64,000 nt of DNA, taken from positions 992,001 through 1,056,000 of the forward strand of contig CATNEN010000032.1 in the NCBI GenBank assembly GCA_950097015.1, written 5' to 3'. Shown one piece after another: positions 1-11,900 of the stretch. The DNA is from Macrostomum hystrix (Eukaryota > Animalia > Platyhelminthes). Made by a program: the position numbers and the translations under genes. Within the stretch, counting starts at the first letter, position 1, and every line of letters begins with the position of its first letter. Under the pieces are notes generated by a model. The model saw only the letters and a program-made list of their open reading frames with translations, was not told where the DNA came from and made no database searches.

Positions 1-1570
1 GGTGTCAACGGAACTCTGCTCAACGGCCTGCCATCGCCGCTACCCGGTCAATTGCAGATGGGTATCAGGCGCAAGGACTGGCTGGCTGTGCGGCAGGTGA
101 GAGAGAAGAACCCAATGAAAAGAATGTTCGCTTCTAAATCTTCGCGTACCTCAGTACTTGTGTACCTAAAAGTGTGCCAGTACGTAGGTACGTAGGTGCT
201 TGCGTAACCAAGTACTTGTGTACCTAAAAGTGCGCCAGTACGTAGGTGCTTGCGTACCTAAGTACTTGTGTACCTAAAAGTGTGCCAGTACGTACGTGCT
301 TGCGTACCCAAGTACGAGTACTTGTGTACCTTAAAGTGTGCCAGTACGTAGGTGCTTGCCTACCCAAGTACTTGCGTACCTAAAAGTGTGCGAGTACGTA
401 GGTGCTTGCGTACCTAAGTACTTGTGTACGTAAAAGTGCGCTAATACGTAGTAGCTCGCTTACCCATCTACTCTTGAAGTTGATTCGGAATTCGACATAA
501 TACTTGCCAATTTAACTAGTCCTGTACTACTACATTTATTTCTTGCATTCTCACTAAATTGCTAGAAAAAAATCTTCCCAATAAATACTTCAATTTATCA
601 AAGACAGGCGGGCTTAGCGCTTTTATGCATAGTTGCTTACCCATCTCACGCTTATCCGCAGTCCGGTCCCAGTCAGCCACTGATGCACCCATGCCACTCG
701 GAGCCCTGGGACGTGGCCCTGGTGCGCCACACCCAGACTCTGTACTATTGCCCGTCGGCGTCTGTGTGCAACGCCCTCCGGCGTCACCGACCAGATCACA
801 GCTGGCGCCGCTTGCCCCGCACCCTGCTTTACTGTTCCCATGACAACGGTGAGCTCGAACTCCTCGCCTGCGGTGTCGGCGGCGACTCAGATTCAACTGT
901 CGCTCCGTTGACCCGAGTCCAGCTTGGCCATCGTCAGCGCCTGGCTCTGCACTATCAGGAGCGGGGCGAGCTGCTGCTGCTGGCTAACTGGCAGCACAGC
1001 CGCGTGCACGTCTGCAACCTGGCCCTGGACTGCGTGCGCCTCATCACCGGCCTGCTGCACCCGCGCGGCCTCTGCGTTGATCCGCTGAGAGCCTTGCTCT
1101 ACGTCACCAACTCTTGCGTGTGCAACCTGGACGTCTACTGCTGCGACACCTATCGGCACTGTCGGACTCTGCGTCACGCCGAATTTCGCGATCTTCACTC
1201 CGTCTGTTGCCATGGCGACCGATTGTTTGTTAGCGACACCGGCGCCAATTGCGTCTTCGCTTTCTCGGCCGGCGATCCAACCAGGGTCATGCAGCGCTAC
1301 CGGCTTGACTGCCCCGGCTTCCTCTGCGTTGACTGGGAGGGCTGCCTCTACGTTGCCTGCGGCCCGGGACAGCACACCGTGGCCGTGATCGACTCGGCCG
1401 CCGAACAGCAGCAGCAGCAGCAGCTGCCTCTGCTTGCCATGCTGGGCTGCGAAAAGAGCTCCGAGCTTGGCCGCTTCCGGCTGGTTCGAGGCCTCGCCTG
1501 CCTTGACCATTGGAACTGCCTCTGTGTGTGCGACTTTGGCAATCGGCGTCTGCAGTTTTTTTATTTTTGA
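1..1570 (+). CDS. NHL-repeat / beta-propeller protein, 5'-partial; exons <1-96 and 662-1570
   Basis: Frame-1 exon GVNG...LAVRQ ends at CAG|GTGAG (96/97). Acceptor TTATCCGCAG| at 661 continues in phase 0 into the 683-1570 ORF. NHL-like blades: HPRGLCVDP..LYVTNS, LFVSDTGANCVFAF, PGFLCVDWEGCLYVAC, RGLACLD..LCVCDFGNRRLQFF. Confidence 0.8.
142..460. repeat. 50-bp GTAC-rich minisatellite, about 6 copies, intronic
   Basis: Unit GTACCTAAGTACTTGTGTACCTAAAAGTGTGCCAGTACGTAGGTGCTTGC; TGCGTACC recurs at 251 and 301. Confidence 0.9.
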
Positions 1571-2864
1571 CCTACTATACAAATGCAAAAGTTCATTTTT
1601 CTAGCAATTATGCATGCATAACTTAAGCCCTTCGATACTAAAATTCGCGCGACCGAAGTTAAACTGTGTTAATGTCCTCCTGTACCCAAATATTTCTGTA
1701 CCAAAATTGTATTAAAGTAAAACCTACACAAGAACGCCCGCACCCAGGTGCGCGCGAACCCAGCTACACCCGTACCTAAATTTGTCCATACCTAAGTACA
1801 CCCGTAATTAAGTTCGCTCGTACATGAGTGCGCCCGTACGTAAGTACGCCCGTACTTAAGTGCGCCCGTACTCATAATTTTTTGGGTACTTTTGCCTTCA
1901 GGGGCGCCAACTTTTAGCCCAGTAATGCAGAGACCAGCATGGATCAAAGTGAGCAAATAAAAAAGGCACGCGTTTTATTTTCGTGTCCTGGAATTTTTTT
2001 AATTACTGAGTATATTTGATACTTAGACCGATATACTTTTTTTCTGTAATCTGCTTTTTCGAATGCATGCAGGTGTCGCCTTCTTAGATTTTCATGATCA
2101 TATTGATGATAGATTATGATTTATTGATCATTTGATGTATCATATCACAAATTTTTCTGCTTTTTGCAATCGTGTCTAGTCAGATCAGCTTGTTCTCTCC
2201 ACATTAAAGCCGGTCACACTGCTGGTCAGTCTTTTGTTCAGTCTAAGAAGTCTATTTTATTATCGGAAGTGAGTCCGGTCACGCTTTTGTGATTATTGTG
2301 TCTACTGTAAGTAGTAGTATTTGTCTTTTACAGTCTTTGCATCAGTGGGTGTTCAGTTTTCTACGACTTTGCTAGGGTGCCCGATCTTTCAGTCTGTCCT
2401 TGGTCTCTGTCTGCTGTCTGTCTGTCTGTCTCTCTGTCTGTCTGTCTGTCCGTCCTGGGTTTGTCTGTTGGCCATTCTGTCCTTAGAGTCTATCTATATT
2501 GCCACTAACAATATTTCCAGCTTGACCGACATATCTAAGTTTTTATTTATTTATTCGGTTTTATTTTGCTACCCCATATTGTTTGCTTTGAACATGCAAT
2601 AACAGGATAATGATTTTCCTAATCTGTTGCTATGCTGGTGTTATGAAATTTACGCGCGGTCTGTCCTTTATTGCAGCTTGTGTTTTTGTGTTTATTGTGT
2701 TTGTCCAGCAAAGTTTCCCCCCTCTCTCTTTTGGGCATACTTTTATTGATTTCAGATGGTTTGCAATTTTTTTCGCTTCGTTTTTTTGTATTGTTTTTAA
2801 TATTTGTGTTGTAGCTTTTTTGCTTGTCGCTTTGCCGGCGTTGGAGAAGGTTGAGGCATGGTAT

Positions 2865-3146
2865 TCTGTGATTGGTCAGAGGGAGAAGTCTGCGATTCTG
2901 TGATTGGTCAGAGAGGGAGAAGCCTACGATTCTGTGATTGGTCAGAGTGAGAAGTCTGCGATTCTGTGATTGGTCAGAGCGAGAAGTCTGCGATTCTGTG
3001 ATTGGTCAGAGGGAGAAGCCTGCGATTCTGTGATTGGTCAGAGGGAGAAGTCTGCGATTCTGTGATTGGTCAGAGGGAGAAGTCTGCGATTCTGTGATTG
3101 GTCAGAGGGAGAAGTCTGCGATTCTGTGATTGATCAGAGAGGGAGA
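2865..3146. repeat. 32-bp tandem repeat, 9 copies, each with an inverted CCAAT box
   Basis: Unit GATTCTGTGATTGGTCAGAGGGAGAAGTCTGC; the last copy has ATTGA instead of ATTGG. Confidence 0.9.
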
Positions 3147-3761
3147 AGCTAACGAATATGTTATTGTTCCAACGAATATATACAATTTTAATTTTTATAA
3201 ACAGATGGAAAGCTATCAAAATATTGTTGTCACGAAGGCCTATTTACAAATTAGGCCTTCGCTGATAAAATCTTTCTGTTAGAGTTATGCGATTACATAA
3301 TCAAACTAATTATACTCATCGTTTTGACTTATTTTAGACACATTGAGGTTAATACATTTTTGCAGATTAGATCACTGTGATGAAATGGCGTTAGTCTCGC
3401 GAAGTCTGTTCCCTGTTCATCAATTTTTTCACCAACTGAAAAATGTGAATTAACTTAGAAAAGTGCATATCGGCGTGAATTTGTTTTAATGCATAGCCAC
3501 TATGCCGTACTTGTCTGTTATAACTGCAGACCTATTGGAGAGAAATTTAATCTAGCTAGATTGGATAACACGGGAATGTCAGTTGAGTACTCATCCTCAT
3601 TTGGCGCACGAACAGCCAGCACACTGCGTGTCTGGAATTCTAGACTGAGTGCCTCGGACTGAATTCCTGAATTCTGCCTTGTCTTCAGCACTGACTGGCG
3701 ACTTCTCCAAGTCCGACTGCTTCAGCTATCTAACTCCTGCCTGTCCTGCTTCTCTCCTCCC

Positions 3762-4090
3762 TCTGCCCCCTACCCTCTGCTCCCTACCCTCTGCTCCCTA
3801 CCCTCTGCTCCCTACCCTCTGCTCCCTACCCTCTGCTCCCTGCCATCTGCTCCCTACCCTCTGCTCCCTACCATCTGCTCCCTACCCTCTGCTCCCTACC
3901 CTCTGCTCCCTACCCTCTGCTCCCTACCCTCTGCTCCCTACCCTCTGCTCCCTACCCTCTGCTCCCTACCCTCTGCCCTCTGACCTCTGTCCCCTACCCT
4001 CTGACCTCTGTCCCCTACCTTCTGTCTCCTACCCTCTGACCTCTGTCCCCTACCCTCTGTCTCCTACCCTCTGACCTCTGACCTCTGACC
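3762..4090. repeat. 14-bp pyrimidine-rich minisatellite
   Basis: (CCCTACCCTCTGCT)n, degenerating towards the 3' end. Confidence 0.9.
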
Positions 4091-4474
4091 TCATCACTCT
4101 GAATTCTGCCCTTATCCTTCCGTCTACGTCATCTCCTACTCATTTGTCACTTTCTCTGCTCCTATTCTCTCCTTAAGCGTTTTCTTTCCCTCGACCTTAT
4201 TATTCTCTGTCTCCCCTTCCATTTCCTTCTGCTCTGTCTCACTAATCCCATCCCTTCTCTCTCTGTTTCTCTGGGCTTAACTTTTTCAGCTAGCCAATCA
4301 GTAAATTGTTAAGGCTAATTAACTGGCCTTAGTTTTTTGAGCATTGACTCACAGCTGGCCTTGTCCCTCTGGGACCTCCGCATGGGCCGGACGTCCCTCT
4401 AACCTCAATTATTTGTTCAGCCTTCCGCCCCCACCCCCTAAACCCAATGAGCAGTCAAAGCCAAACTGGCCTAC

Positions 4475-4475
<1 letters not shown>

Positions 4476-4514
<39 letters not shown>
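4476..4514. repeat. (CAG)n microsatellite
   Basis: Uninterrupted CAG run; no splice-supported exon found around it. Confidence 0.85.
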
Positions 4515-4515
<1 letters not shown>

Positions 4516-5042
4516 TTGGACACTTAGTCTAATTGGCTTGTCGGTGTCCCGGGTTGGCTTTTATATTAGATTAGTAATCAATTCATTGGCCTAAGTTCTA
4601 TGACGCCATTCTGAATGCTGATGCCCAACTGGATAAACGCCAGCTTGTTAGCACTGTTTCTCCCTTCGCTCCCTACTCTCCAATAGATTATGTTATTATG
4701 TATCTGTGGGGCCTGTATCCGCTAGAATTACGATCTCACAGACGCAAACAATGACAAAGGCTTCTTTCTAGTCAAAGGCGGAGTCTACTAAAAATAGGCG
4801 CCCTTAGACTTTTCTCTTCCGCAGCCGAAATAAACATGGGAGTGGTCCGTGCGAAGGCTCACTATTCTCGCCATTGAGCAGCGGCTTTTAGGCAAATCTT
4901 TTTTTATGCTCAGGTGCGGATTGTACTTGTCATATGATACTTCATAGGGAGACATGCCATGTGCAGTGGAGAATTTATTTAGAATTCTATCGGTAATCAA
5001 TGACGTCAGGCATACGCAAAGCAACACGAAATACACTGGGGC

Positions 5043-5500
5043 ACTATCTCTCTCCGCTGTCTAATCTCTCTCCCGCCTCATCTCTCCGTTGTCTCATCTC
5101 TTTCTTCTCATATTTTCTGTCTTATCTCTCAGCTGCCTCATCTCTCCTTTTTCTAATCTTTTCTCTGTCTTATCTCTCAGCTGCCTCATCTCTCCTTTTT
5201 CTAATCTTTTCTCTGTCTTATCTCTCAGCTGCCTCATCTCTCCCCTGTCTCATCTCTCCCCTGTCTCATCTCTCCCCTGTCTCATCTCTCTCCCCTGTCT
5301 CATCTCTCTCCCGCCTCATCTCTCCCCTGTCTTATTTCTCCTTTGTCTCGTCTCTCCCCTGTCTCACCTCTCAGCTGTCATATCTCTCCCATGTCTCATC
5401 TCTCCCGTGTCTCATCTCCCCCGTGTCTCATCTCTCCCGTGTCTCATGTCTGCCCTGTCCCATCTCACCACATCTCATCTCTCCCTATCTCCTTCCTGCC
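5043..5500. repeat. Degenerate CT-rich minisatellite
   Basis: Recurrent CTCATCTCTCCCCTGT-like units. Confidence 0.8.
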
Positions 5501-5984
5501 AGCCTCATCTGGAGCTTGGCGTGCCCCACTCCTCCTAACCATCTCCGCGGTCTCTCGCTGCGTTGCCGTGTTCTGCCAGGGCGTGCCCGGCACACACACA
5601 TGAATTATCGAATCGCGAATTTCTGTAGCACAAAATGCCCCACCCCAGACTCAGACAGCTTGCAATGTCCAATCATTTTACACTTTCTTTTCATGCCGAG
5701 TTGCTCGCCAATGAATTGAGCAACCCCGGCTCTGAGTCTGCTTGGTCAGCCCACACTGCCCCACTTTTGCCGCCAACTGCCGTTTCTCTACCCTGGGACA
5801 AGAGGCCGATTTTGATTGGCTGAGCGGGCAAGGCCGCAATGGCTTATCTCTCCTGGAAAAGACTGAATGGACTGAATGCAGTTGGGGAGAATCCTTGTTT
5901 CAGACAAAAATATCCCCCCCTGCTGTCACGCCTTCAACAAGCAAGGCTATGAGCTGACTTGACTAGTCTTTGTGCTGAATAGCC

Positions 5985-8900
5985 ATGCCAGTCCAATTGC
6001 TGGCCGCTGTCCTCCTGCTGACTGTCTGCCCGGCCGAAGCCAATGTGGCTCAGCTAGCCGAGTCGTTGAAGGACTCGCTGTCAGAGTTCAGCCTGCTGCA
6101 GTTGGAGACCTGCGCCAGTGTGGCCTCGGCTAACTTAGCGACCAAGTCGCAGGGCCAGCTGCAGCTCACCCTGACGCTGCAGAACTGCCACGTCGGCGCC
6201 AGGATGCACGGCGATTCCGTCAGCCAGTCGCCGCTGTTCGGCTTTCAGGGCAACAAGAACGACACGGGCGAGACCCGGCCAGGTCAGCGATGCTTTGGCA
6301 TTGTTCGCTTATTCTGCTTTATCCACAATGATCCATCAGAGGGTCACACTTTATCCACAATGATCCATCAGAGGGTCACACTTTATCCACAATGATCCAT
6401 CAGAGGGTCACTGCTTTATCCACAATGATCCATCAGAGGGTCACTGCTTTATCCACAATGATACTACCCCGATTTCAGGACCAATCGCTGTGAACATTCC
6501 GTCAAAGTCGAGTGAGCTGTAACTCAAGACTTAATGTCAATATATGCCTGCCTTTTGATTTTCTATTTTGCTTTCCTCAAAGGCAAAATCGGTGTGGGAT
6601 CTGTCTTGTTTATCCCCAGAAAATTTGCATAGTTCGCGATTGAACAAGATTGGACTATCAGCTGATGCTGAGAAAACTGTCAACATTCTTTGCTGCTCCC
6701 TCTTTGCTATTCTGTTGCTATAGATTATTCTATATTGATTGGCTATTTGCTATTCTGTTGCTATCGATTATTCTATATTGATTGGCTAACAGGACTTTGT
6801 CGTTTTCTTTCCAGAGTCCACCGGTTCGATCACCTTCAAACAGTCGGTGGTGTTTGCCGCCTGCGGAGCCATCATTGCCGCCTTCTTCATGGTTGCCGCC
6901 GTCATGCGCTTCCGGTGAGTGACAGGGCGAGTGGCTGGGTGAGTGACGGGGCGAGTGACGGGATGACTGACGGGGCGAGTGACAGGATGAGTGACGGGGT
7001 GACGGGGCGAGTGACAGGATGAGTGACGGGGCGAGTGACAGGATAAGTGACGGGGCGAGTGACAGGATGAGTGACGGGGCGAGTGGCAGGATGAGTGACT
7101 GGGCGAGTGACAGGATGAGTGACTGGGCGAGTGACAGGATGAGTGACGGGGCGAGTGGCAGGATGAGTGACGGGGCGAGTGACAGGATGAGTGACGGGGC
7201 GAGTGACAGAATTAGTGACGGGGCGAGTGACGTGGTTAAAATATAAATTGCAGTGCGATCTGTAGAGTCGCATTCTGACTAGCTTACGGCGGCATTTGCA
7301 ATGCAGATGTGGCTCGTGTCAGTGACGCTGAGAGTGGCCGAGCTTCGATCGTGACTGCAATAAGAATTGCCGAAATCCGAGTGCTGGCTAGATTAGGCGC
7401 AATACAACTCGACCGCTCAATCAATCTGTGTGGGCTGTCAGAGAAGCTAGCACTAAAGCCACTTGAGCTGTGTCAAGTTCAGTTGCCGTTAGCCTCACAG
7501 CTCTGATGCGGGCACTGAGGGTGCACTCACTGCTTCCCCAGCGAGACCAATTTCATGCATGAGAATGCAAACAATATTTATCCCCCCTTTAAACTTCCCA
7601 TTCTAACCATGCAAGCATGGTCCCAGAATCCAGTTCTGTGTCTTTTTTTTAATTTACAACACCGCATTGTCATCCATCAGCATGCATTGAGCCCGATATA
7701 CTCCATCCAGACATTGTCTGGCGTCATCTATCAAACTCTGCGGAGTAAACCATTGCCCTTCACCTGCTATTAGCGGGCAGGTAGACGCTAGACCTCCACT
7801 GGAGACTGCTCATGTGCAATCATTGCATGCATTGTTGCAGAGAAAATAATATTCCTTCACCCATGGGATAGATTAGCAATCCATTCTATTCCTTCACCCA
7901 TGGGATAGATTAGCAATCCATTCTATTCCTTCACCCATGGGATAGATTAGCAATCCATTCTATTCCTTCACCCATGGGATAGATTAGCAATCCATTCTAT
8001 TCCTTCACCCATGGGATAGATTAGCAATCCATTTTATTCCTTCACCCCTGGGATAGATTAGCAATCCATTCTATTCCTTCACCCATGGGATAGATTAGCA
8101 ATCCATTCTATTCCTTCACCCATGGGATAGATTAGCAATCCATTCTATTCCTTCACCCATGGGATAGATTAGCAATCCATTCTATTCCTTCACCCCTGGG
8201 ATAGATTAGCAATCCATTTTATTCCTTCACCCCTGGGATAGATTAGCAATCCATTCTATTCCTTCACCCATGGGATAGATTAGCAATCCATTCTATTCCT
8301 TCACCCCTGGGATAGATTAGCAATCCATTCTATTCCTTCACCCCTGGGATAGATTAGCAATCCATTTTATTCCTCCACCCATGGGACAGATTAGCAATCC
8401 ATTCTATTCCTTCACCCCTGGGATAGATTAGCAATCCATTCTATTCCTTCACCCATGGGATAGATTAGCAATCCATTCTATTCCTTCACCCATGGGATAG
8501 ATTAGCAATCCAATCTATTCCTTCACCCATGGGATAGATTAGCAATCCATTCTATTCCTTCACCCATGGGATAGGTTAGCAATCCATTCTATTCCTTCAC
8601 CCATGGGATAGATTAGCAATCCATTCTATTCCTTCACCCATGGGATAGGTTAGCAATCCATTCTATTCCGTCACCCATGGGATAGATTAGCAATCTAATC
8701 TATTCCTTCACCCATGGGATAGATTAGCAATCCATTCTATTCCTTCACCCATGGGATAGGTTAGCAATCCATTCTATTCCGTCACCCATGGGATAGGTTA
8801 GCAATCCATTCTATTCCGTCACCCATGGGATAGGTTAGCAATCCATTCTATTCCTTCACCCATGGGATAGATTAGCAATCCATTCTATTCCTTCACCCAT

Positions 8901-11900
8901 GGGATAGATTAGCAATCCATTCTATTCCTTCACCCATGGGATAGGTTAGCAATCCATTCTATTCCTTCACCCATGGGATAGGTTAGCAATCCATTCTATT
9001 CCTTCACCCATAGGTGAAGCTCAATATTTATAGCTATTTTCATTTTAGTCCCTAACAAAACAAAACAAAACTATGAACTGAAATGGACCATTTGCAATTT
9101 CCCGATCCCTAATTTTTCAGATCGGTTCTCAAGCTTTAGCTTTTCTCCCTAATTTCCTATCTCATTTGCACAGAGGATTATTTAGCTAGACTTTCTGAGT
9201 TGTTCCCAAACAGCAGGAAGTCGCATGTTATTTCTAGACGGGGGTGAGAAAGTTGTGTTTTTACTGTTTCTGCTACAGAAATGTGCAAGCTGTTGGACAA
9301 GTCCATGCAGGCAGGTCGGGTATTCTTTTGAGTATTCAGTGGGATCGCACTATTGATTTCCCCGTAGTATGCTCAAACTAGATTTAGAGCAGGAGTCACA
9401 CGTGCTCCACAATAGAAGCGCTAAGCGTTATAATCGTGATCTGGTGCTCATGATCAGCCTACTGTTTGTTTAAAAAAAGAATAATTCCCGATAACTCCGA
9501 AGTTGTCGGGCAAATGTCGACTGGGGAATGCCCATTCTAGGAATTACGAGCTAAATCTGGACAAACAAATAGGCCACACAGAGTCAGGGAGCGATAACAG
9601 AGAGCCTTCTGTTTAAATTGGCAAACCTCCGTCGCCAAGTCACGTGACTTTGGTCTGTCCTGTGCCGGTCGGCCAAATTTTATAAGTGCAGCAATTAAAA
9701 TGTTGAACTTCTAATGCAGTGAGATTATCTGAGAGGTTAGATATGAGATCAGATGAGAGGCAGTGAGATTATCTGAGAGGTTAGATATGAGATCAGATGA
9801 GAGAGGCAGTGAGATTATCTGAGAGGTTAGATATGAGATCAGATGAGAGAGGCAGTGAGATTATCTGAGAGGTTAGATATGAGATCAGATGAGAGGCAGT
9901 GAGATTATCTTAGAGGTTAGATTGAGATCAGATGAGAGGCAGTGAGATTATCTGAGAGGTTAGATATGAGATCAGATGAGAGGCAGTGAGATTATCTGAG
10001 AGGTTAGATATGAGATCAGATGAGAGAGGCAGTGAGATTATCTGAGAGGTTAGATATGAGATCAGATGAGAGAGGCAGTGAGATTATCTGAGAGGTTAGA
10101 TATGAGATCAGATGAGAGGCAGTGAGATTATCTGACAGGTTAGATATGAGATCAGATGAGAGAGGCAGTGAGATTATCTGAGAGGTTAGATATGAGATCA
10201 GATGAGAGAGGCAGTGAGATTATCTGAGAGGTTAGATATGAGATCAGATGAGAGGCAGTGAGATTATCTTAGAGGTTAGATTGAGATCAGATGAGAGGCA
10301 GTGAGATTATCTGAGAGGTTAGATATGAGATCAGATGAGAGAGGCAGTGAGATTATCTGAGAGGTTAGATATGAGATCAGATGAGAGAGGCAGTGAGATT
10401 ATCTGAGAGGTTAGATATGAGATCAGATGAGAGGCAGTGAGATTATCTGAATTCGGGTATGAGTTTGGATAGGGAGGCAGTGAGATTGGTTGAGATGATG
10501 GCGCATCTATGAGCAGTGCTCAAAGCGTACCAGAGAGATTCGGTTCTCAAGGTCATCGCCTGTTGACTCTAGATTCGAGTGGCAATCTCCGGGGGAACCA
10601 GAGTCTGCGCAATCTTCCTACCCCACCCACAAAAGTTTGAACGCCAAGTAACAAACGCTATCAGTCGGCACTCTTTCATCTACGGCGAGGTTGCCTATGA
10701 GATTAGAAGCTTGGAATTCGTTGTGGACTTCTTGTGCCAGCATTTTTTTGGCAATAAATTTTGCACTGCGATGCCAAACTTTTTTAGTCCAGCGAGTCGA
10801 CCTCCCAAGACCTTTTAACATAGTATACCTCAACTGGGACTTGACCTAAGCTGATTCCAACCCTTCCAGACCCCAGTGTTCCTGACACCTGCAGCCCCAA
10901 CCCCATTCCAACCCTCCAGACCCCAGTGTTCCTGACACCTGCAGCCCCAACCCCATTCCAACCCCTCCAGACCCCAGTGTTCCTGACACCTCCTGCAGCC
11001 CCAAACCCATTCCAACCCTCCAGACCCCAGTGTTCCTGACACCTGCAGCCCCAACCCAATTCCAACCCTCCAGACCCCAGTGTTCCTGACACCTCCTGCA
11101 GCCCCAAACCCATTCCAACCCTCCAGACCCCAGTGTTCCTGACACCTGCAGCCCCAACCCCATTCCAACCCTCCAGACCCCAGTGTTCCTGACACCTGCA
11201 GCCCCAACCCCATTCCAACCCTCCAGACCCCAGTGTTCCTGACACCTGCAGCCCCAACCCCATTCCAACCCTCCAGAACCCAGTGTTCCTGACACCTGCA
11301 GCCCCAAACCCATTCTAACCCTCCAGACCCCAGTGTTTCTGACACCTGCAGCGCCAAACCCATTCCAACCCCTCCAGACCCCAGTGTTCCTGACACCTGC
11401 AGCCCCAACCCCATTCCAACCCTCCAGACCCCAGTGTTCCTGACACCTCCTGCAGCCCCAACCCCATTCCAACCCTCCAGACCCCCGTGTTCCTGACACC
11501 TGCAGCCCCAACCCCATTCCAACCCTCCAGACCCCAGTGTTCCTGACACCTGCAGCCCCAACCCAATTCCAACCCTCCAGACCCCAGTGTTCCTGACACC
11601 TGCAGCCCCAACCCCATTCCAACCCCTCCAGAACCCCAGTGTTCCTGACACCTGCAGCCCCAACCCCATTCCAACCCTCCAGACCCCAGTGTTCCTGACA
11701 CCTGCAGCCCCAACCACATTCCAACCCTCCAGACCCCAGTGTTCCTGACACCTCCTGCAGCCCCAAACCCATTCCAACCCTCCAGACCCCAGTGTTCCTG
11801 ACACCTACAGCCCCAACCCCATTCCAACCCTCCAGACCCCAGTGTTCCTGACACCTGCAGCCCCAACCCCATTCCAACCCCTCCAGACCCCAGTGTTCCT

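Noticed and set aside
4788-5036. Minus-strand ORF with HGMSPYEV, faintly like an integrase C-terminus
   Set aside because: Too short, with no catalytic motifs or element ends.
7275-7506. Nearby third exon for the membrane gene (RLRRHLQCRCGSCQ* or ORF 7309-7506)
   Set aside because: Weak acceptors, and the 7309 frame is phase-incompatible; the 12609 exon gives a better juxtamembrane sequence. An alternative short terminal exon cannot be fully excluded.
7851-9010. CRISPR-like regular repeats (also the 36-bp palindromic units at 62.4-63.0 kb)
   Set aside because: Head-to-tail repeats with no unique spacers, no cas genes, eukaryotic context.
10500-10830. Coding-like stretch between two satellites
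   Set aside because: Several short open frames on both strands, but no convincing splice sites or motifs.
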